From the NCBI RefSeq assembly GCF_006345805.1, contig NC_043010.1, positions 40,486,001-40,550,000 of the forward strand: a DNA stretch of 64,000 nucleotides. Reading direction: 5' to 3'. Under the pieces are notes generated by a model. The model saw nothing but the letters and a program-made list of their open reading frames with translations. It ran no database searches and had not been told where the DNA came from. Source of the stretch: Octopus sinensis (lineage: Eukaryota). This document shows positions 1-14,214 of this stretch, one piece after another. Made by a program: the position numbers and the translations under genes. Every line of letters starts with the position of its first letter. Within the stretch, counting starts at the first letter, position 1.

Positions 1-63
1 ATTCAAACCCGCGATCCCTCGAATGCGAGTCCGCTGCTCTAACCACTAGGCCATGTTTCTCCA
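1..63 (-). mobile_element. tRNA-derived SINE 5' head (runs off window start)
   Basis: Reverse complement reads ggagaaacatggcctagtggttagagcagcggactcgcattcgagggatcgcgggtttgaat, with A-box and B-box, matching the SINE head at 27299. Confidence 0.8.
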
Positions 64-74
64 AATTTTCCTTC

Positions 75-364
75 TCGGGCCATGCCAGGCTCATAGGGGC
101 CGGTTTCCCGGTTTTAGTGGCGTAGAAATTCCCTACCTGGACGGGAAGCCGGTCCGCCGCAGGTGAGCTGCAAGATGCAGGAGGAAAGAGTGAGAGAAAG
201 TTGTAGTGAAAGAATCAGCAGAAGTTCGCCATTGCCTTCTGCCGGAGCCGCGTGGAGCTTAGGAGTTTCGCACCCAAACACGCACACATCGCCCGGTCTG
301 AGATTCGAACGCACGATGTCTCAACCGAGAGTCCGCTATGTAACCACTGGGCCATGTGCCTCCA
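75..364 (-). mobile_element. tRNA-derived SINE
   Basis: Minus-strand tRNA head (ggaggcacatggcccagtggttaca...gttcgaatc), then the ctttctctcactct body and gaaaccgg tail shared with the SINE at 5594. Confidence 0.8.
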
Positions 365-438
365 CAGAATTACATGTACAAACACATATTACGTATACAC
401 GCATATACGTGTGTATACATATGTGTGCGCGTGTGTAT

Positions 439-921
439 AACCGCCCTATAAACTCTATATATACTCAACAAATACAGCAGTTATTCTATGCAGGAGTCCC
501 TAATTTACATACCGAATATGTTTAACCGCCCTATAAACTCTATATATACTCAACAAAGGCAGCAGTTATTCTGTGCAGAAGTCCCTAATTTGCATACTGA
601 AAATGTTTAACCGCCCAATAAACTCTCTATATGCTCAACAAATACAGCAGTTATTCTATGCAGGAGTCCCTAATTTGCATACCGAAAATGTTTAACCGCG
701 CTAAAAACTCTATATATACTCAACAAATACAGCGGTTATTCAGTGCAGGAGTCCCTAATTTGCATATCGAAAATGTTTAGCACTTTATAAACTGTTTAAA
801 TACTCAACAAAGGCAGCATTTATTCTATGCAGGAGTCCCTAATTTGCATACCAAAAATGTTTAACCACTTTATAAACTCTATATATACTCAACAAATACA
901 GTAGTTATTCTATGCAGGAGT
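439..921. repeat. 85-bp minisatellite, about 5.7 copies
   Basis: Unit aaccgccctataaactctatatatactcaacaaatacagcagttattctatgcaggagtccctaattt... starts at 439, 524, 609, 694, 779 and about 863. Confidence 0.95.
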
Positions 922-939
922 TCCTTCTCACATTATTAT

Positions 940-1740
940 TGGTTTGTTTCACATTGGCATATAACACTTTCTTTGTATTTCACAGTTTCTCTACTGTGTT
1001 TCAGTCTGTATTTTAGTCAGAAGAAATTCTAATGTGTGTCAGAGTATAGAGACGTTTGTTCCTGTCTTTAATTATTATGATATTTAGAATCTCCACCATG
1101 ATGCCCTGTTCAATCTGAACAAGCATATCCGAGATGATATCACCCAAGCTGTTGCTATGCCTGAATAATGCATTTCGATACCTTTTCATATCCGTCTTCA
1201 CGTCGAATTATAAACATATTGCCCAACAGACATGGATGCAGATTATGTTGTTTATTTCATATCTATAATTGTTCTCAGGCATGGCGAGGATTGGACAGAG
1301 GGAAATCTGTTCCAATGTCTTATTCTATACAGATTGTATTGTTAGCACATGATAGTCATTTTATCGATTATTTTTGTAGCTCTATCCATCCTGTGCAACT
1401 AAATTCATACCTTCATCTTTTGCGATTACTCCATAGCTGTGGCTTATATTATCCTTATCAAATTTATATGATTTCTCTTCAGTATATTTTGGAATTCTTT
1501 TCCTATTCACCTTTACACATTTGTAAACTTATCAATTGTATGTTTGTACCTCATCATTTATATTATTTATCTCTTCCATGCATTTATTTTTTAGTTTGCA
1601 CTGCATTATTTTCTTATATGATATTTTTGTCAACTTTCATGAACCTCATCTCCCTAATCGGTTTCCTTTTCATGCAATCTAAGTCATTCTGTAGTCCGAT
1701 ACTGGTTACATTTTAAGCTGTTCGCTCTTTGTAATCCCTG
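940..1740 (-). mobile_element. Highly decayed R4/Dong-clade LINE C-terminal region (CCHC plus restriction-like endonuclease)
   Basis: Frame-hopping translation gives GVIAKDEGMNLVAQD, KTLEQISLCPILA...IHVCWAIC and DMLVQIEQGIMVEILNIIIIKDRNKRL...ISSD*NT..TVEKL. These are collinear with the Dong motifs GLKxETEGxIxAAQD, ETxxHIxSGCPxLA and WDxxVxTDxxIxxNRPDIIIKD. Confidence 0.6.
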
Positions 1741-3190
1741 ACATCCAAGTCTACATACTGACTCTACATACTGAGAGGAGAGAATGAGTAGAAAACTATT
1801 GAGCTTCAAGGAACTGAATATGAAGGATTTTGTTATCGTTACTCAATTTATTTTCAACCTGTAAGAAGGCTTGTAGCGTTCCTTTGGTGAATGTGACGTG
1901 ACGCTACCATACCAATATGGACGTTGGCATATGACCAATAGGGAGAGGCAAATATACGTTCCAAAATATTACAGTACTAGAATATATTGTTATTGTTGGG
2001 CCCTTTGACACCTCATTCGTTAAAGATGAGCGTTTCTGTTAACTTTAAACAGATTTGTTAAGCTGTAAACCTCATTAATCTTGAAGATCTTATTAAATTT
2101 CAATATTACTATGAGTGGTTTTCTTTAAACACAAACACCCTCTTTCTCCTCGATGTGAGATTTATTAATTTATTAAATCTTGTTCAGAGATATAAAACTC
2201 TTGATGTATTTCTCAAAGAATGAATAATAAAAGCAATAATATGAAAAAGTGTAATACAGATGGAGAGCATAAACAATAGAAGCTACGATCAGTTGAATCA
2301 ATTAAGATCAACGAGAAGACAATAGAAACAACAACAACAACAACAACAAAAACCATCGCTAAGAACAATGCACACATACATCAGTTGGCAGGACTGGGTG
2401 GGGAGAATTACATATCTTATAGTGCAAATTCTGACAAAGGTATAATATTAATATCATCGCTGACGGAATTGTAAATAAATGATAGATTGGTTATGTTGTA
2501 GATTTGAAGCTGTAATCATAGTAGACAGCTATGAAACAAGTCGAACATTATTATTGTTGTGTAGAATTCATATGCGAATTTTATTGTGTTTACGTGTATG
2601 TATTTATGTTTGCATGTATGCATGTATGTATGCAAGCGTTTATGTGTACTTGTTTACGTAGGTATTTGTGTTCGTAGTAATGTATATAAGTACATGTTCA
2701 TATTCGTGTGTATTTCATGAAAAGAAACTGTGAATTATTCACGCCATAATGCCTGGGTGAAATTGAGATGTGACGTTACGTAATATATCATGATATTGCA
2801 AGAATATATAATATATGCATTCCGTACACACACGTGTATATATGTACAATGTTGTTATTGTACGTATACACACACATAACATTAAGAGAGAAGGAACACA
2901 AGCATAACTTGGTATATCTTTATTCCAACTGTTACTTAGGTTTCAGTATTAGACAATACATTACGTCACACTAAATATAGAGCCAGTAGGTGCAGCTTAT
3001 ACGGCAAAAATGGAATAAAGACTGCGTCAGAGAAACATTGAAGAAAAACATGTGTGTGAGTGTGTATGTATGTATGTATGTATATATGTGTGTTAACAGG
3101 CGCACTACACAGACACGCACATATATACACAGACATACACATGTATTATAGTTGCTATAAATAAATATATATATATATATATATATATCA

Positions 3191-3493
3191 CGTGATCACG
3201 TGACTGACCAGGGTATCAGATTTTGCTAAAAATCGCTGGTAACAATGCGCTTCGCATTGTTTTAGCCATTAAGTGACGCCACCCTACTGGTAAGCGAGCA
3301 GGCCAACAAAAGAAAGAGTGAGAGAAAGTTGTGGCGAAAGAGTACAGCAGGGATCGCCACCACCCCACTGCCGGATCCTCGTGGAGCTTTATGTGTTTTC
3401 GCTCAATAATCACTCACAACGACCGGTCTGGGAATCGAAACCGCGATCCTACGACCACGAGTCCGCTGCCCTAACCACTAGGCTAATGCGCTT

Positions 3494-3495
<2 letters not shown>
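3191..3495 (-). mobile_element. tRNA-derived SINE with tcacgtgatcacgtga-type tail
   Basis: Head and body match 27299-27480; tail matches the copies at 42250 and 48978. Confidence 0.85.
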
Positions 3496-3556
<61 letters not shown>

Positions 3557-3581
3557 CACACACACACACACACACACACAC

Positions 3582-3632
<51 letters not shown>

Positions 3633-5339
3633 GTACGTATGTATGTATGTATGCAGAAACAAAATCGAGTGTGTGTTAGTCCGTGGGTTGGCTGCATTTT
3701 TTGGCGTAAGAAAATATCTTCTCAATGCACTTGGTGTTAGAAACACCACAGACACAAATACACACACACAAAAACACACACACATGACAGAATAGAATAA
3801 GAAGAGTAAGAGCATACACGAAGACGGAAAGTATGACGAAAGATTTCCGGACAATGGACATGAGTTAGAATAAGAACAGTAATAAACGAATGGAAACGAT
3901 TATATAGTACGTGGGTTTATATATATGTCAAGATCTCAAGCCTGCCACTATCAAAGCGACAAGACCTTTTCCTTAAGAGAGTCCCTGGTGTTTGTACATA
4001 TTTGATATTGCGTTGGTGTGCCGGTTGAACGGTCGATGCACACACCTCAGGTGGATAATTCTTTTGTACGTATGTATGTATATATGTATGCATGCATGCA
4101 CGCATGTATTATTGGAGTACAGATATATGTCGTGATCGTGAAGGGCAATTACTTAGTTTTGACCAACACACGAACGATCATCAGCTGTCGATTAATTAAG
4201 ACTTTATTTCCGAGAGCCAGTAGAGCCTAACAATCTATGCATAACATAAGCGACCTCACGCTAAACCCGCTCTGAATGTTTTTCACACAGTTTTAGAAAG
4301 CTGACCATGCATATGAATTAATAGGACCACCGGCACTGCGTTTTTGATATTAAAACTGTAAACAACGTTATGCTCATATGTTTTATAAACATATTTTTGG
4401 CATCGTTCTGAAAATAGACCCTCTGGGTATACGGTGGTGCTCTTAACCAAAAATATCGATTACACGCCTTGTACAGTACTCCTGCTAGTTGAAAGACTTA
4501 TGCTCTATATTATAGGAAAATTGCATTTACTTGAGCGTTTTCCAGAATATGTTAGCTGTAAAATAATATTGTGCGTTTATATTTGTTTAGTTATACTTAA
4601 ATATAAAAAGGCTTTTTCTGTAATGAACGTCAATCCCTGGACCAATGAAAATATTATTTTTATCCATTTTTCTATTGGAAATCAGGGATGAATGATATTT
4701 AATGAAAGTGAACATACTTGGCACGATACACGAATACACACGCGCATACATTGACAGAGGCAAAGGTGTTCATAACCATGCGCAAAAACAAGCACATACA
4801 TATATTAAACATACGTATGCGCACATATATATACTACATATGTACGTATATGTATATGGGTGTGCGTGTGCATGTATATATGTGTGTGTGTGTGTTTGTA
4901 GTGAGAATAATAAGGGTAGAAAATTTAGAAAAATGTATATACCCGTGGCTAGCATGCGTAATAAAAGTCAATAGACAACATACTTTCATATATAGTAGTG
5001 TACAAACAATTTACGTATTTATACACGAAAGAGGGGACCTTTAACAGGACACCTTACATGCTAGAAAGGACAGTTAAAGCCCAAACAAGGAATAAAAGCG
5101 ATTTTAAAGGGAATGAAAATATAAAGTATTTTTGTAATATTTGAATAAAAGAATTTGAAAACTCAAATTCTGAATTAAAAAGAAAATTAAAATTAGAATT
5201 TACAATCATTTTCTACACATTGGAAACTTTGAAGAACACTTCCTTATAGTGAACGTTACATATTCCAAACTATTTATTAAGCAACTTTTCTGCTATAATA
5301 CAAGTGAATACCCTTACGTTATATATGTATGTTATATGT

Positions 5340-5590
5340 GGAGGCGCGTGGCTTAGTGGTTAGGGTGTCAGCATCATGATCGTAAGATTGTGGTTTCGAT
5401 TCCTGGACCGGGCGACGAGTTGTGTTCTTGAGCAAAACACTTCATTTCACGTTTCTCGAGTTCACTCAGCTGGCAAAAATGAGTAACGCTGCGATGGACT
5501 GGCGTCCCATCCAGCTGGGGAACACATACGCCATTGAAACCGGGAAACCGGGCCCATGAATCTGGCTAGCCTTTAAAAGGGCGCATTTAT
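5340..5590 (+). mobile_element. tRNA-Arg-like SINE (ttgagcaaaacac core, gcgatggactggcg tail)
   Basis: ggaggcgcgtggcttagtggttagg A-box and ggtttcgattcc B-box; body shared with 61309 and 63663. Confidence 0.85.
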
Positions 5591-5593
5591 TTA

Positions 5594-5892
5594 GGGAAGC
5601 GCAATGGCCCAGTGGTTAGGGCAGCGGACTCGCGGTTGGAGGAAATCGGTTTCGATTCCCAGACCTGTCGTTGTGTGTGTTTATTGAGCGAAGATACCTA
5701 AACAATTCACGAGGCTCCAGCAGGGGTGGTGGCGTTCCCCGTTTTACTCTTTCGCCACAACTTTCTCTCACTCTCTTTTTCCGTTTCTTGAGTGACGCTG
5801 CGATGGACTGGCGTTCCGTCCAGCTGGGGGGAACACATACGCCACAGAAACCGGGAAACCGGGCCCATGAGCCTGGCTAGGCTTGAAAAGGG
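5594..5892 (+). mobile_element. tRNA-derived SINE (27299-type head and body, gcgatggactggcg tail)
   Basis: ggaagcgcaatggcccagtggttagggcagcggactcgcgg head; tail nearly identical to 5488-5570. Confidence 0.85.
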
Positions 5893-6307
5893 CTACGTTT
5901 ATCGTTTTATGTATGTAATATGCGTGCGTATCAATACGTCTTTGATGTCAATACGTCTTTGCTTTTCTATTTAGAAATGTGATACCATCACTTTGTTTTA
6001 AAACTTAATAAAATTAGCCATTAGGTTAATATTGACAGATAATTCCTCATAAAAATTTGTCCCGCCGAATTTCATATATTTCTTCCTGTAATGGTATGGT
6101 GACGTACCTCATGTTAGACCCTTTTACTATGATGTAGAAGTCTATAAAAAACTAACTCTATTAATTTTCTTCCTTCTTTTAATCAACAGTAAATCCATTT
6201 GGCATAAATGTGATGTTTCCACTCATAATTCTACGTGACATTTGCCAAGTTTACCAGAAAACCTCAAAGATACTGAATAGTATCATATGAATGAGTTTGA
6301 CTATATA

Positions 6308-6394
<87 letters not shown>

Positions 6395-6496
6395 CATATA
6401 TATTAATATATATACATATATGTGTGTGTATACGTCTGTGTGTGTGTAATACATTTATACAATATACTTCCTATACATATATGTAAGTGTACGCAT

Positions 6497-6564
<68 letters not shown>

Positions 6565-7335
6565 GCATGCCAATTTTCTTGAATAACAGCAAGAGTTTAT
6601 TTGCCAAAATTAGATGACTGCTCAGCTTTCCGAGAGAGAAAAAAAATAGAAACAGGGGGAAAAAAAAATGAAGTTCGTAAGTTGAGTTCTATGAAATTAT
6701 GATTAATCAGTTATGACTGAATCACGACTAGCTAATATGGAAAATATTTGATCGAATCGAGTTGCTACCGTACATGACTGACGCATCATTTATCATATAT
6801 CAATCCGTGCTAGTTCATAGAAAATTGCCTGGAAACCAACAAAAGGAAACCAACGGTCACTCATTTCAACACACGGTCACACACCCAGACACATACACAA
6901 ATACATACATACAAACATACATACATACATACATACATACATACAACATACATACATACATACATACATACATACATACATACATACATACATACGTACG
7001 TACGTACTCATCTGCACACACACACACATACACACGCATTCTGTTATTGACTGCGTGTTCTGTGGTCCGTATGTGGTCAGCAGGCATCTCAAAATTATAA
7101 ATATAGTTTAAGTTTGTAAATATTTACAAAGAGGTTTTCGCATTTCTTTTTTTATCTTGTCTTGGTTTATTGTTTTTATTTTTCTTTCTAAATTTCCATA
7201 TTTAATTGTACATTAATGTACTGGATAACATTGTTTCTTTTAATTTCCTTTTTTTTTGTTAACACTGTCTTTTGTCTCTCTATACTGATATTTCTCTCTC
7301 AAATCATTGTCACCATAACCACCACCCCCACCACC

Positions 7336-7382
<47 letters not shown>

Positions 7383-7534
7383 TATAGTTGTTTTTGTTGT
7401 TGTTGTTTTACTTCTCAGAGTCTTGTTTGCTCTGTTTTCTTTTTTATTCCGTGAGAGCGGACAGCAGCCTGTTGCGAGAGGTCTCACAGAGTCTCTTTAC
7501 GCACCATATAAGTTTTGATACTTGGTTGTTGATT

Positions 7535-8285
7535 ATCGTGGAAGACATTCAACAACAAAGTAACTATCTCAAAACCCTAGCTGTCCACAGAAGAGCAGGT
7601 TTTTTTAACTTTCTCTGCTCTCATATCAATTCCGATTTTTCAGATATATTTCTCGAACTTGGTTGTTAGTGCTCTGAGTTCTCCTACAACTACTGGAATG
7701 ACAGACACTCTCCTCATAGTCCACATTTTTGCAATTTCGTCTTTTAGGAGTCAGAGCTATTCAATCTTTTCTAGTTCTTCATCACTTATGCGTGAATCTC
7801 CAGGTATTACAATATCCATGATCCTGGTTTCCTTTTTTCCTATACAATATCTGGTCTCCGAGTATCTCTTAGGGAGTCACATTCGATTGTAAAATCCCAC
7901 AATATCTTATGTTCACTGTTCTCGGTAACTCCTTCTGGTTCAGGTTCGTACCATTTCCCTGCTCTGTTAAGGCCGTACTTTTCATAAAATCTCAAGTGGA
8001 CAAACTTAGCCACGTTATCGTGCCTTCTTTTATAGTGCTTTTGGGCCAGCTTGCTACACTCACTCACAATATATGAGAGTGATTCGTTTCTGCTGTCACA
8101 AATCCTACAAAGGGGCGATTCGCCAGTCCTTTCTATTTGGAACTTGGTGTAATTAGTTCTCAGAAATTGTTCCTGGGCGCTCTATATCAATGTCTCAGTG
8201 CATCCTTTCAGATTACCTTTTGGTCAGATTGTTATGCTGGTCTTGTCTTTTCTTTCAATTTCTCTGAAGTATCGTCCATGCACTG
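7535..8285 (-). mobile_element. R4/Dong-clade non-LTR retrotransposon 3' fragment (zinc knuckle plus restriction-like endonuclease), pseudogenised
   Basis: Translation VHGRYFREIE...KGNLKGCTETLI*SAQEQFLRTNY...PLCRICDSRNESLSYIVSECSKLAQKHYKRRHDNVAK...KILWDFTIECD...RPDIV (includes ORF 7840-8067). Confidence 0.92.
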
Positions 8286-8299
8286 ATTAAAAACTTACT

Positions 8300-8700
8300 A
8301 ACGACTGGCAAAGTGCTTAGCGTCATTTCTTCAGACTTTACATTCTGATTTCAAATCAGAAGTTGACTAATTCTTTTTATCTCTCCGCAGTCGATGAAAA
8401 GAGTACCAGAATAGTACTGGGGTCAATATATTCAACTACATCCCTGGCCCAAAATTTAAGGAGTTGTATCTATATTAGATCGAATTTTTTTCTAATATAG
8501 GCTTCTTTGTGAAACAAACTGCTCTCTTTTCAAGTTTTCTTAAGATAAAGTTTCGGTGAGCTGGCATAATTATTAACACTTAGAAAAATGCTTAGCAACA
8601 TTTCCTCCGTCCTTAAGTTCTGAGTTCAAATACCACTGTGACCAAAACAGTCAGTGTCATTTGAGCACTGTGGTCGAAGTAATCGACTAGCAGTTGGTGG
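8300..8700 (+). mobile_element. Two decayed Nin/Deu-domain SINE fragments
   Basis: ggtgagctggca head at 8555, plus ttctgagttcaaat and gtaccag...ggggtc motifs, as in 22981. Confidence 0.6.
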
Positions 8701-9167
8701 TGTTTCTTTCCGTTTTACGTCAAACACCCCCAAGGACGACCGACCCTGGTTTTACTTTTATATTCTCTCCCATTCCTGCCTTTCATCCTATATTTCACTC
8801 TTTGTTACTCTCTCTCTCTCTCTTTCTCTTCCTCTCTATCCTTCATTATTTTTCCCTGTCTCTCTCTCTCTCTCTCTCTCTCCACACACACACACACATA
8901 ACATAACATGTTGTGTTATATTATATTAGAGGAAAAATATAATATATGCCTGCTAACTCAGAAGCCTAATACGGACGCCTAGCTCCAGCTTCAGTTGTGA
9001 AGAAGGAACGAAACGGACGACTACTTATAGCACTTACTCAGCGTACCTATTCGTTTAGATCACCACTGAACTAACCCCCTCATATTCTACACAGACAAAC
9101 TCACTCACAACACACACACGCACATACTCACACACACACATACTCACATACACACACACACATATAT

Positions 9168-9376
9168 ATACAAAAATTAAAAGAAAATGGAGATTTACGA
9201 TTGACATATTTTAAATATAATTTATCTACATGATATTATATTACAATAAATTTGATACAATTTATATTTCTATTCATATTATGTTTTATTATATTTATTT
9301 TAATATAATATTATTTTGATGAATTATATATAAAATATTTCAATCGTAAATCTCCTTATTCATTTAATTTTTGTAT
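9168..9376. repeat. Inverted repeat, about 46-bp arms with AT-rich spacer
   Basis: atacaaaaattaaaagaaaatggagatttacgattgacatatttta (9168-9213) is close to the reverse complement of 9331-9376. Confidence 0.85.
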
Positions 9377-10573
9377 GTTGAATATATACACTTTTGGGTT
9401 GTGAAAAGTTTTTCTCTACCATATTGGATATTTACTGACAAAGCAGAGGGAAATTAGATGTTTTCCATCCCTATAAAGGACACTGTCTTTCCTTGCATTG
9501 AATATATAGATATATATATATATAGCTTACGCTCTCTCTCCCTTTATGTTTCTCTGTATCTCCCCATCTCTATCCTATTCTCTCTCTCTCTCTTTTTCAC
9601 CTACACTTTCTCTCTCTTTTATCTTCCCTTTCATCTACTCTGTCTATCAACATCTCGTTTTACCACTTCACATTGTGTCATTCTTCGTTTCTAGCTCCGT
9701 TAATCACTCGTGAAAAACAAAGTCATAAACTCTATGAAAAAATATATTTTAAAGTACATTCTATGACAAAAAAAAAAAACTCGAAAATAAATTACAATTT
9801 TAACATTGAAACGGCTTGACTGACCAATAGAAATTAATTTTAATATTTTGCGACATGTTGAAGAAAGAAAAGGAATCGGTAAATAACAACTGAAAAAAAA
9901 TTATTAAAACGAAATAAAATGGTTTATCCTTGTTATTTGAAGGAAAACTCGGTTATGCAAAATAAAATATCATTTATATTACCCCAATTTTTTGAAGTTT
10001 TGATAAGCCTTCCATTATATTAAAAAAAAAAAATTCAATTGAAATGTTAACTTATTCTCCCATATTTGTGTTTGTGTGTGTGTGGGGGGGGGGATGCACG
10101 CGCATACTATATGACAAAGTCGAGATTTACGGTATATACATTTTGACTACTGAGAAATGAGGAAAGGTGAAGAGCTGGAATCATAGTAAAACAAATATAT
10201 AAAATATTTGAATGTGTTTGTTTGTTTCGTCTGATACGCTGTTTGAAACATAAAATTCAAAAAGAATTTCGAAAATATGAAACATTACAAGTGGGGGAGA
10301 ATGAAAAAAGAATTTAAAAAATTTTTTTCTGGTTATTAGCGCTGTTTTATTCGCAGGAATCCGAAGGTATTTTCGGTTTAATTTGTTACAACAGGTATAC
10401 CTGTTCGGAAACGCTGTCTCTTCTACGTCAATATAGCTACGTAATTTAAAAGGTCCATTTTCAGTGGTCATGTCTCATTGTAGATGTAGAAGGGTTAACA
10501 AGGGTATAAAGCAGTGAACAAGTCTGGACGTTCGAATTTCACAGGCTATATTAAAGCATTTTCGGTTTTCTTC

Positions 10574-10605
<32 letters not shown>

Positions 10606-12360
10606 TGTGTGTGTGTGTGTGTGTGTGTGCGCGCCTGTCTGTCTGTCTGGTGGTCTGTGTGCGCGCGTGTGTGTGTATAATTAGAATAATTTCAGGTATA
10701 CTTGTGACTGGATGACTTCTGACATGATTTGCAATATATTATTAATGTCACATTATAATAGGAATTAAGGCTTAATTTGTTCCATTAAAACATAGGACAG
10801 AGATCACTACGCCTCGCATCCTCTGTGTATGTATATGTGTGTGCCTGTCTGTTCTTCTGTGTGTGTGTTTCTCCCTGTAATTTTTTTTTTTTTATAATTA
10901 CAAAATACTATCGATTAGCCAATAAAGGTTTTTTAATGTCAGAAACATAGAGTAACCATGTCAGATATCAATACAAGCCTATAGCCAGACAGTTCTGAGA
11001 TAGGTGAAATGACAAACTCAAAACGGTACTCTATATCCCTCGAAAACGACGTCTGAAAATGGCTGCACTCCACGACTGGAAAGAGAATCAACGATATAAG
11101 GTGTCGGAAAATGCTTTACACAATCCACTCTCCTTAGTTCTGTCTACACGAGTAAACCACGCGTGTATACCCGGAAAAAAATTATAATTGCAGCATGAGT
11201 GTAATGTGAACACTTGCCTTTTGGATTCTCTGTCCACTAATTATGACGATCATCTTACTTCTATTCGAAATATAACGTATGGTATAACCATTAATTATTC
11301 CAAAATTTTACGTAAATATACATATATATCTAATATATCTTTATAGTCTTTATCCGAAATACAATGGGGATTTAGATCTAAACTCGGCGTGTTAATGGCT
11401 GTGAACCAGGTGTGATGTACTAATAACTCTGCAATCAACCACATTTAAATCGAGTGACATTGTTTTAAAGAAGCAGCTAGGCTCTTTCAATATTTTACAT
11501 TCAAGTTGAATAAATATTTCTCTGACACTTAACTATACTAATTACATAACTGACTGCTTAGTTTAAAACCCATCTGCATGACTTCTCCGATATCTGAATA
11601 GATGAAAATCCTCGAACTGGCAGCTGGTTTTTCAGTTCTCCATTGACACATGATTAAGTGATTCACGCCAATACAAATTATACTAAGCCATTAACTGCTG
11701 CATAAACAGCGTGGTGTTTATACCATTAAATTTGAAAGACATTTTGATATTTCACTTATAAATGGCTATTTAAAACATGAATAATAAGTCTTTCAAAATT
11801 GTTAATTCACACAAGAACAAAAGATACGTCAATCTTACCTCTCTTTTCATAAAATTACAAAACTATATCTATACATATTTCCTAAACATTTTATATCGTA
11901 GTGTACAACATCACGCTGATTACAAAGGAGAGGAATCTCATCTAAATAGGATAGAAACGATATCAGCATTCAGGTGGTGATAACACACTATGTCATGTGC
12001 TTATGAAAAGTATGTTTAAAGATATATATATATATATAAAGATATATATATTCAAAGTGGCTAGTTGCAATTTAAAACCAAAAGTACAACCCAAAAGTTC
12101 AAACAACGTTAAGGGTAGCTAAGGGTGCAATTATGCACCAATATTGCTAGAAATAAGAGTTAAAACTATTCTTACCCACGAACGGAACATTTTCTGTTAA
12201 AAAACATTTATCCCTTGACTGACAAGAGGAACAAGCACCCTAAGCAAGCGAGGGGTCTATATCACTTTCACTGACGTTTGTACTTTGCGACTATCCACTT
12301 AAATAATATATAATTATCCCTTTACAGTTTTACTGAGTAAGCAAATGACTCGGATGACAT

Positions 12361-12391
<31 letters not shown>

Positions 12392-12499
12392 GTGTGTGTG
12401 TGTGTGTAACATCTAATATAGGATCAAATTTTTCGAAAAAAATCAATGACCAGCATATTAAAAATACCTTTAAAGGTTAAATTTATAAACAACTTATAA

Positions 12500-13170
12500 A
12501 CAAGGGCGAAAGAAAAAATGTCTAATGCCAAAAATGCCGAAACTAGACACATCGTCCATAACCATATAATTCAGATCCAATGGAGAGAAGAGCAGATGTT
12601 AACTCGTGATTTTTGCGGTTGCTTTCTGACAATTCATGAGGCACACATTTTCCAAGATTAGGAACCTTCCAAAGTTGTTGATGATGACGATGAATAGTTT
12701 GAACTAAGCTTTATTGCCAGTTCTTCAACTGATAATGCAGGATTTTCTTCAAGTAATTCCTCAAGGAGATTATCATCAAACTCAACTTGACGTCCTGTTC
12801 GATCTTCATCTTCGAGGTTGAAATCTCCTCCTCTGAATTTTGCAAACCATCTTCTGAAAGTTCTTTCATTTAAACATTATTTCCCATAAACTGAGTGTAT
12901 GTTTTGAGTTGCTTCGGCAGCAGAGTTTCCTTATTTGTACTCAGAAAGCATTATGTGCCTCAAATGCTCTTTGCATACTTCCATGTTAGAAAGGGATTTA
13001 ATCAAAGAAATTTTAATTGTATTATTCTGTAAAATAATATTTAATTCGTTTAAATGTACAGAAATGCATACAGATAATTTTTAATTCCATTAGACATTCT
13101 GAAATACTATTAAATTTCATTCAATTTTAAAAAAGGTAAAATCGATCAGAACTTATGGGATGATCTGATA
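12500..13170 (-). mobile_element. Mariner (Mos1/Hsmar1-like) transposon 5' remnant
   Basis: ATG at 12984 gives MEVCKEHLRHIMLSEYK*GNSAAEATQNIHSVYG...RWFAKFRGGDFNLEDEDRTGRQVEFDDNLLEELLEENP (HTH region); TIR-like tatcagatcatcccataagttctg ends at 13170 next to TA. Confidence 0.9.
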
Positions 13171-13192
13171 TATGTATATATATATATATATA

Positions 13193-13962
13193 CTAGCAGC
13201 ATAGCCCGGCGTTGCCCGGGTATGTAAGAGCTCCTAGTAGGCAACGACTAATCCCAATCTAGTCCTTTCCCTCTAGGGAACGAAGGCGCATGTGTAGGTT
13301 GCAATGTCTTCTCTTCACTCGAATACTTCTGTGTATACGAACGTTCCTAGCTGTCCCTTTGGGCGATAAAAAGGTCGAGTTGTGTCCCCTAGACAGTTTG
13401 TGTTTAATACACAAATCGGTTTGCTATGTGTGCCACATATGATTTAATTAACCGATTTTTTCCAGTAATAAAGTATCCTATTGGGACCATATAGCTCCTT
13501 GGAGCAGACATGATGCTCGCTGTGAATTAAAAAAAAATTCCTGCCAATTTGTGAAAGATATTGTCGAAAAGATGTCATCTTGAATTTGAACGCGATTTCC
13601 AAAAATGGCATGATTTTATCGATTTTTTCTGATGGTAAGGTATTGCATGAAAAACTAACATCAGAATTAAGTTTCTTAGGGTAACATTAAGCTTCACCAT
13701 GAGTTTGGTGAAAATCGATTGCATGTTGCGAAAACTACAACAGAAAATGTGTTGCATATAAAAAGCTTAGATTCTTGACCCCATGTCGAATTTATCGATT
13801 TTCTTCAGAACTGGGGAACTTTTCAAAATTTTCGCTGCGTTAGTTTTGAATTATGACATTGGGCTATGTGTGTGTCAAGTTTCATCAGAATCGGTTGAAT
13901 GCCGTGGTCAGGGTGAGGGTACAACCTGACAGACACACAGACACACAGACAGACAAACTGCC

Positions 13963-13975
<13 letters not shown>
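13193..13975 (-). mobile_element. Non-autonomous Helitron
   Basis: Minus-strand 3' end has hairpin cccgg-gcaacg-ccggg followed by ctgCTAG; the 5' end tatatataaacggcagtttgtctgtctg merges into (TA)n. Confidence 0.8.
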
Positions 13976-14013
<38 letters not shown>

Positions 14014-14214
14014 AATATAAATGTATGTATGTATGTATGAATGTATGTATGTATGTAATGTATGTATGTATGTATGTATGTATATATGTATGTATGTATG
14101 TATGTGTGTGCGTATGTATGTATGTATGTATGTATGGATGGATGGATGGATGGATGGATGGATGGATGGATGTATGTATGTATTTATGTATGAGTGTATG
14201 TACATGTATGTCTG

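Noticed and set aside
1168-1716. 182-aa plus-strand ORF
   Set aside because: Antisense shadow of the decayed Dong remnant; no recognisable protein.
4010-4054. HHR-like remnant CUGAGGU gugugc..gcacac CAAC on minus (similar remnants near 4165, 11053, 12220 and 32775)
   Set aside because: Core residues mutated and stem I absent; noted only as possible decayed members of the HHR cassette families.
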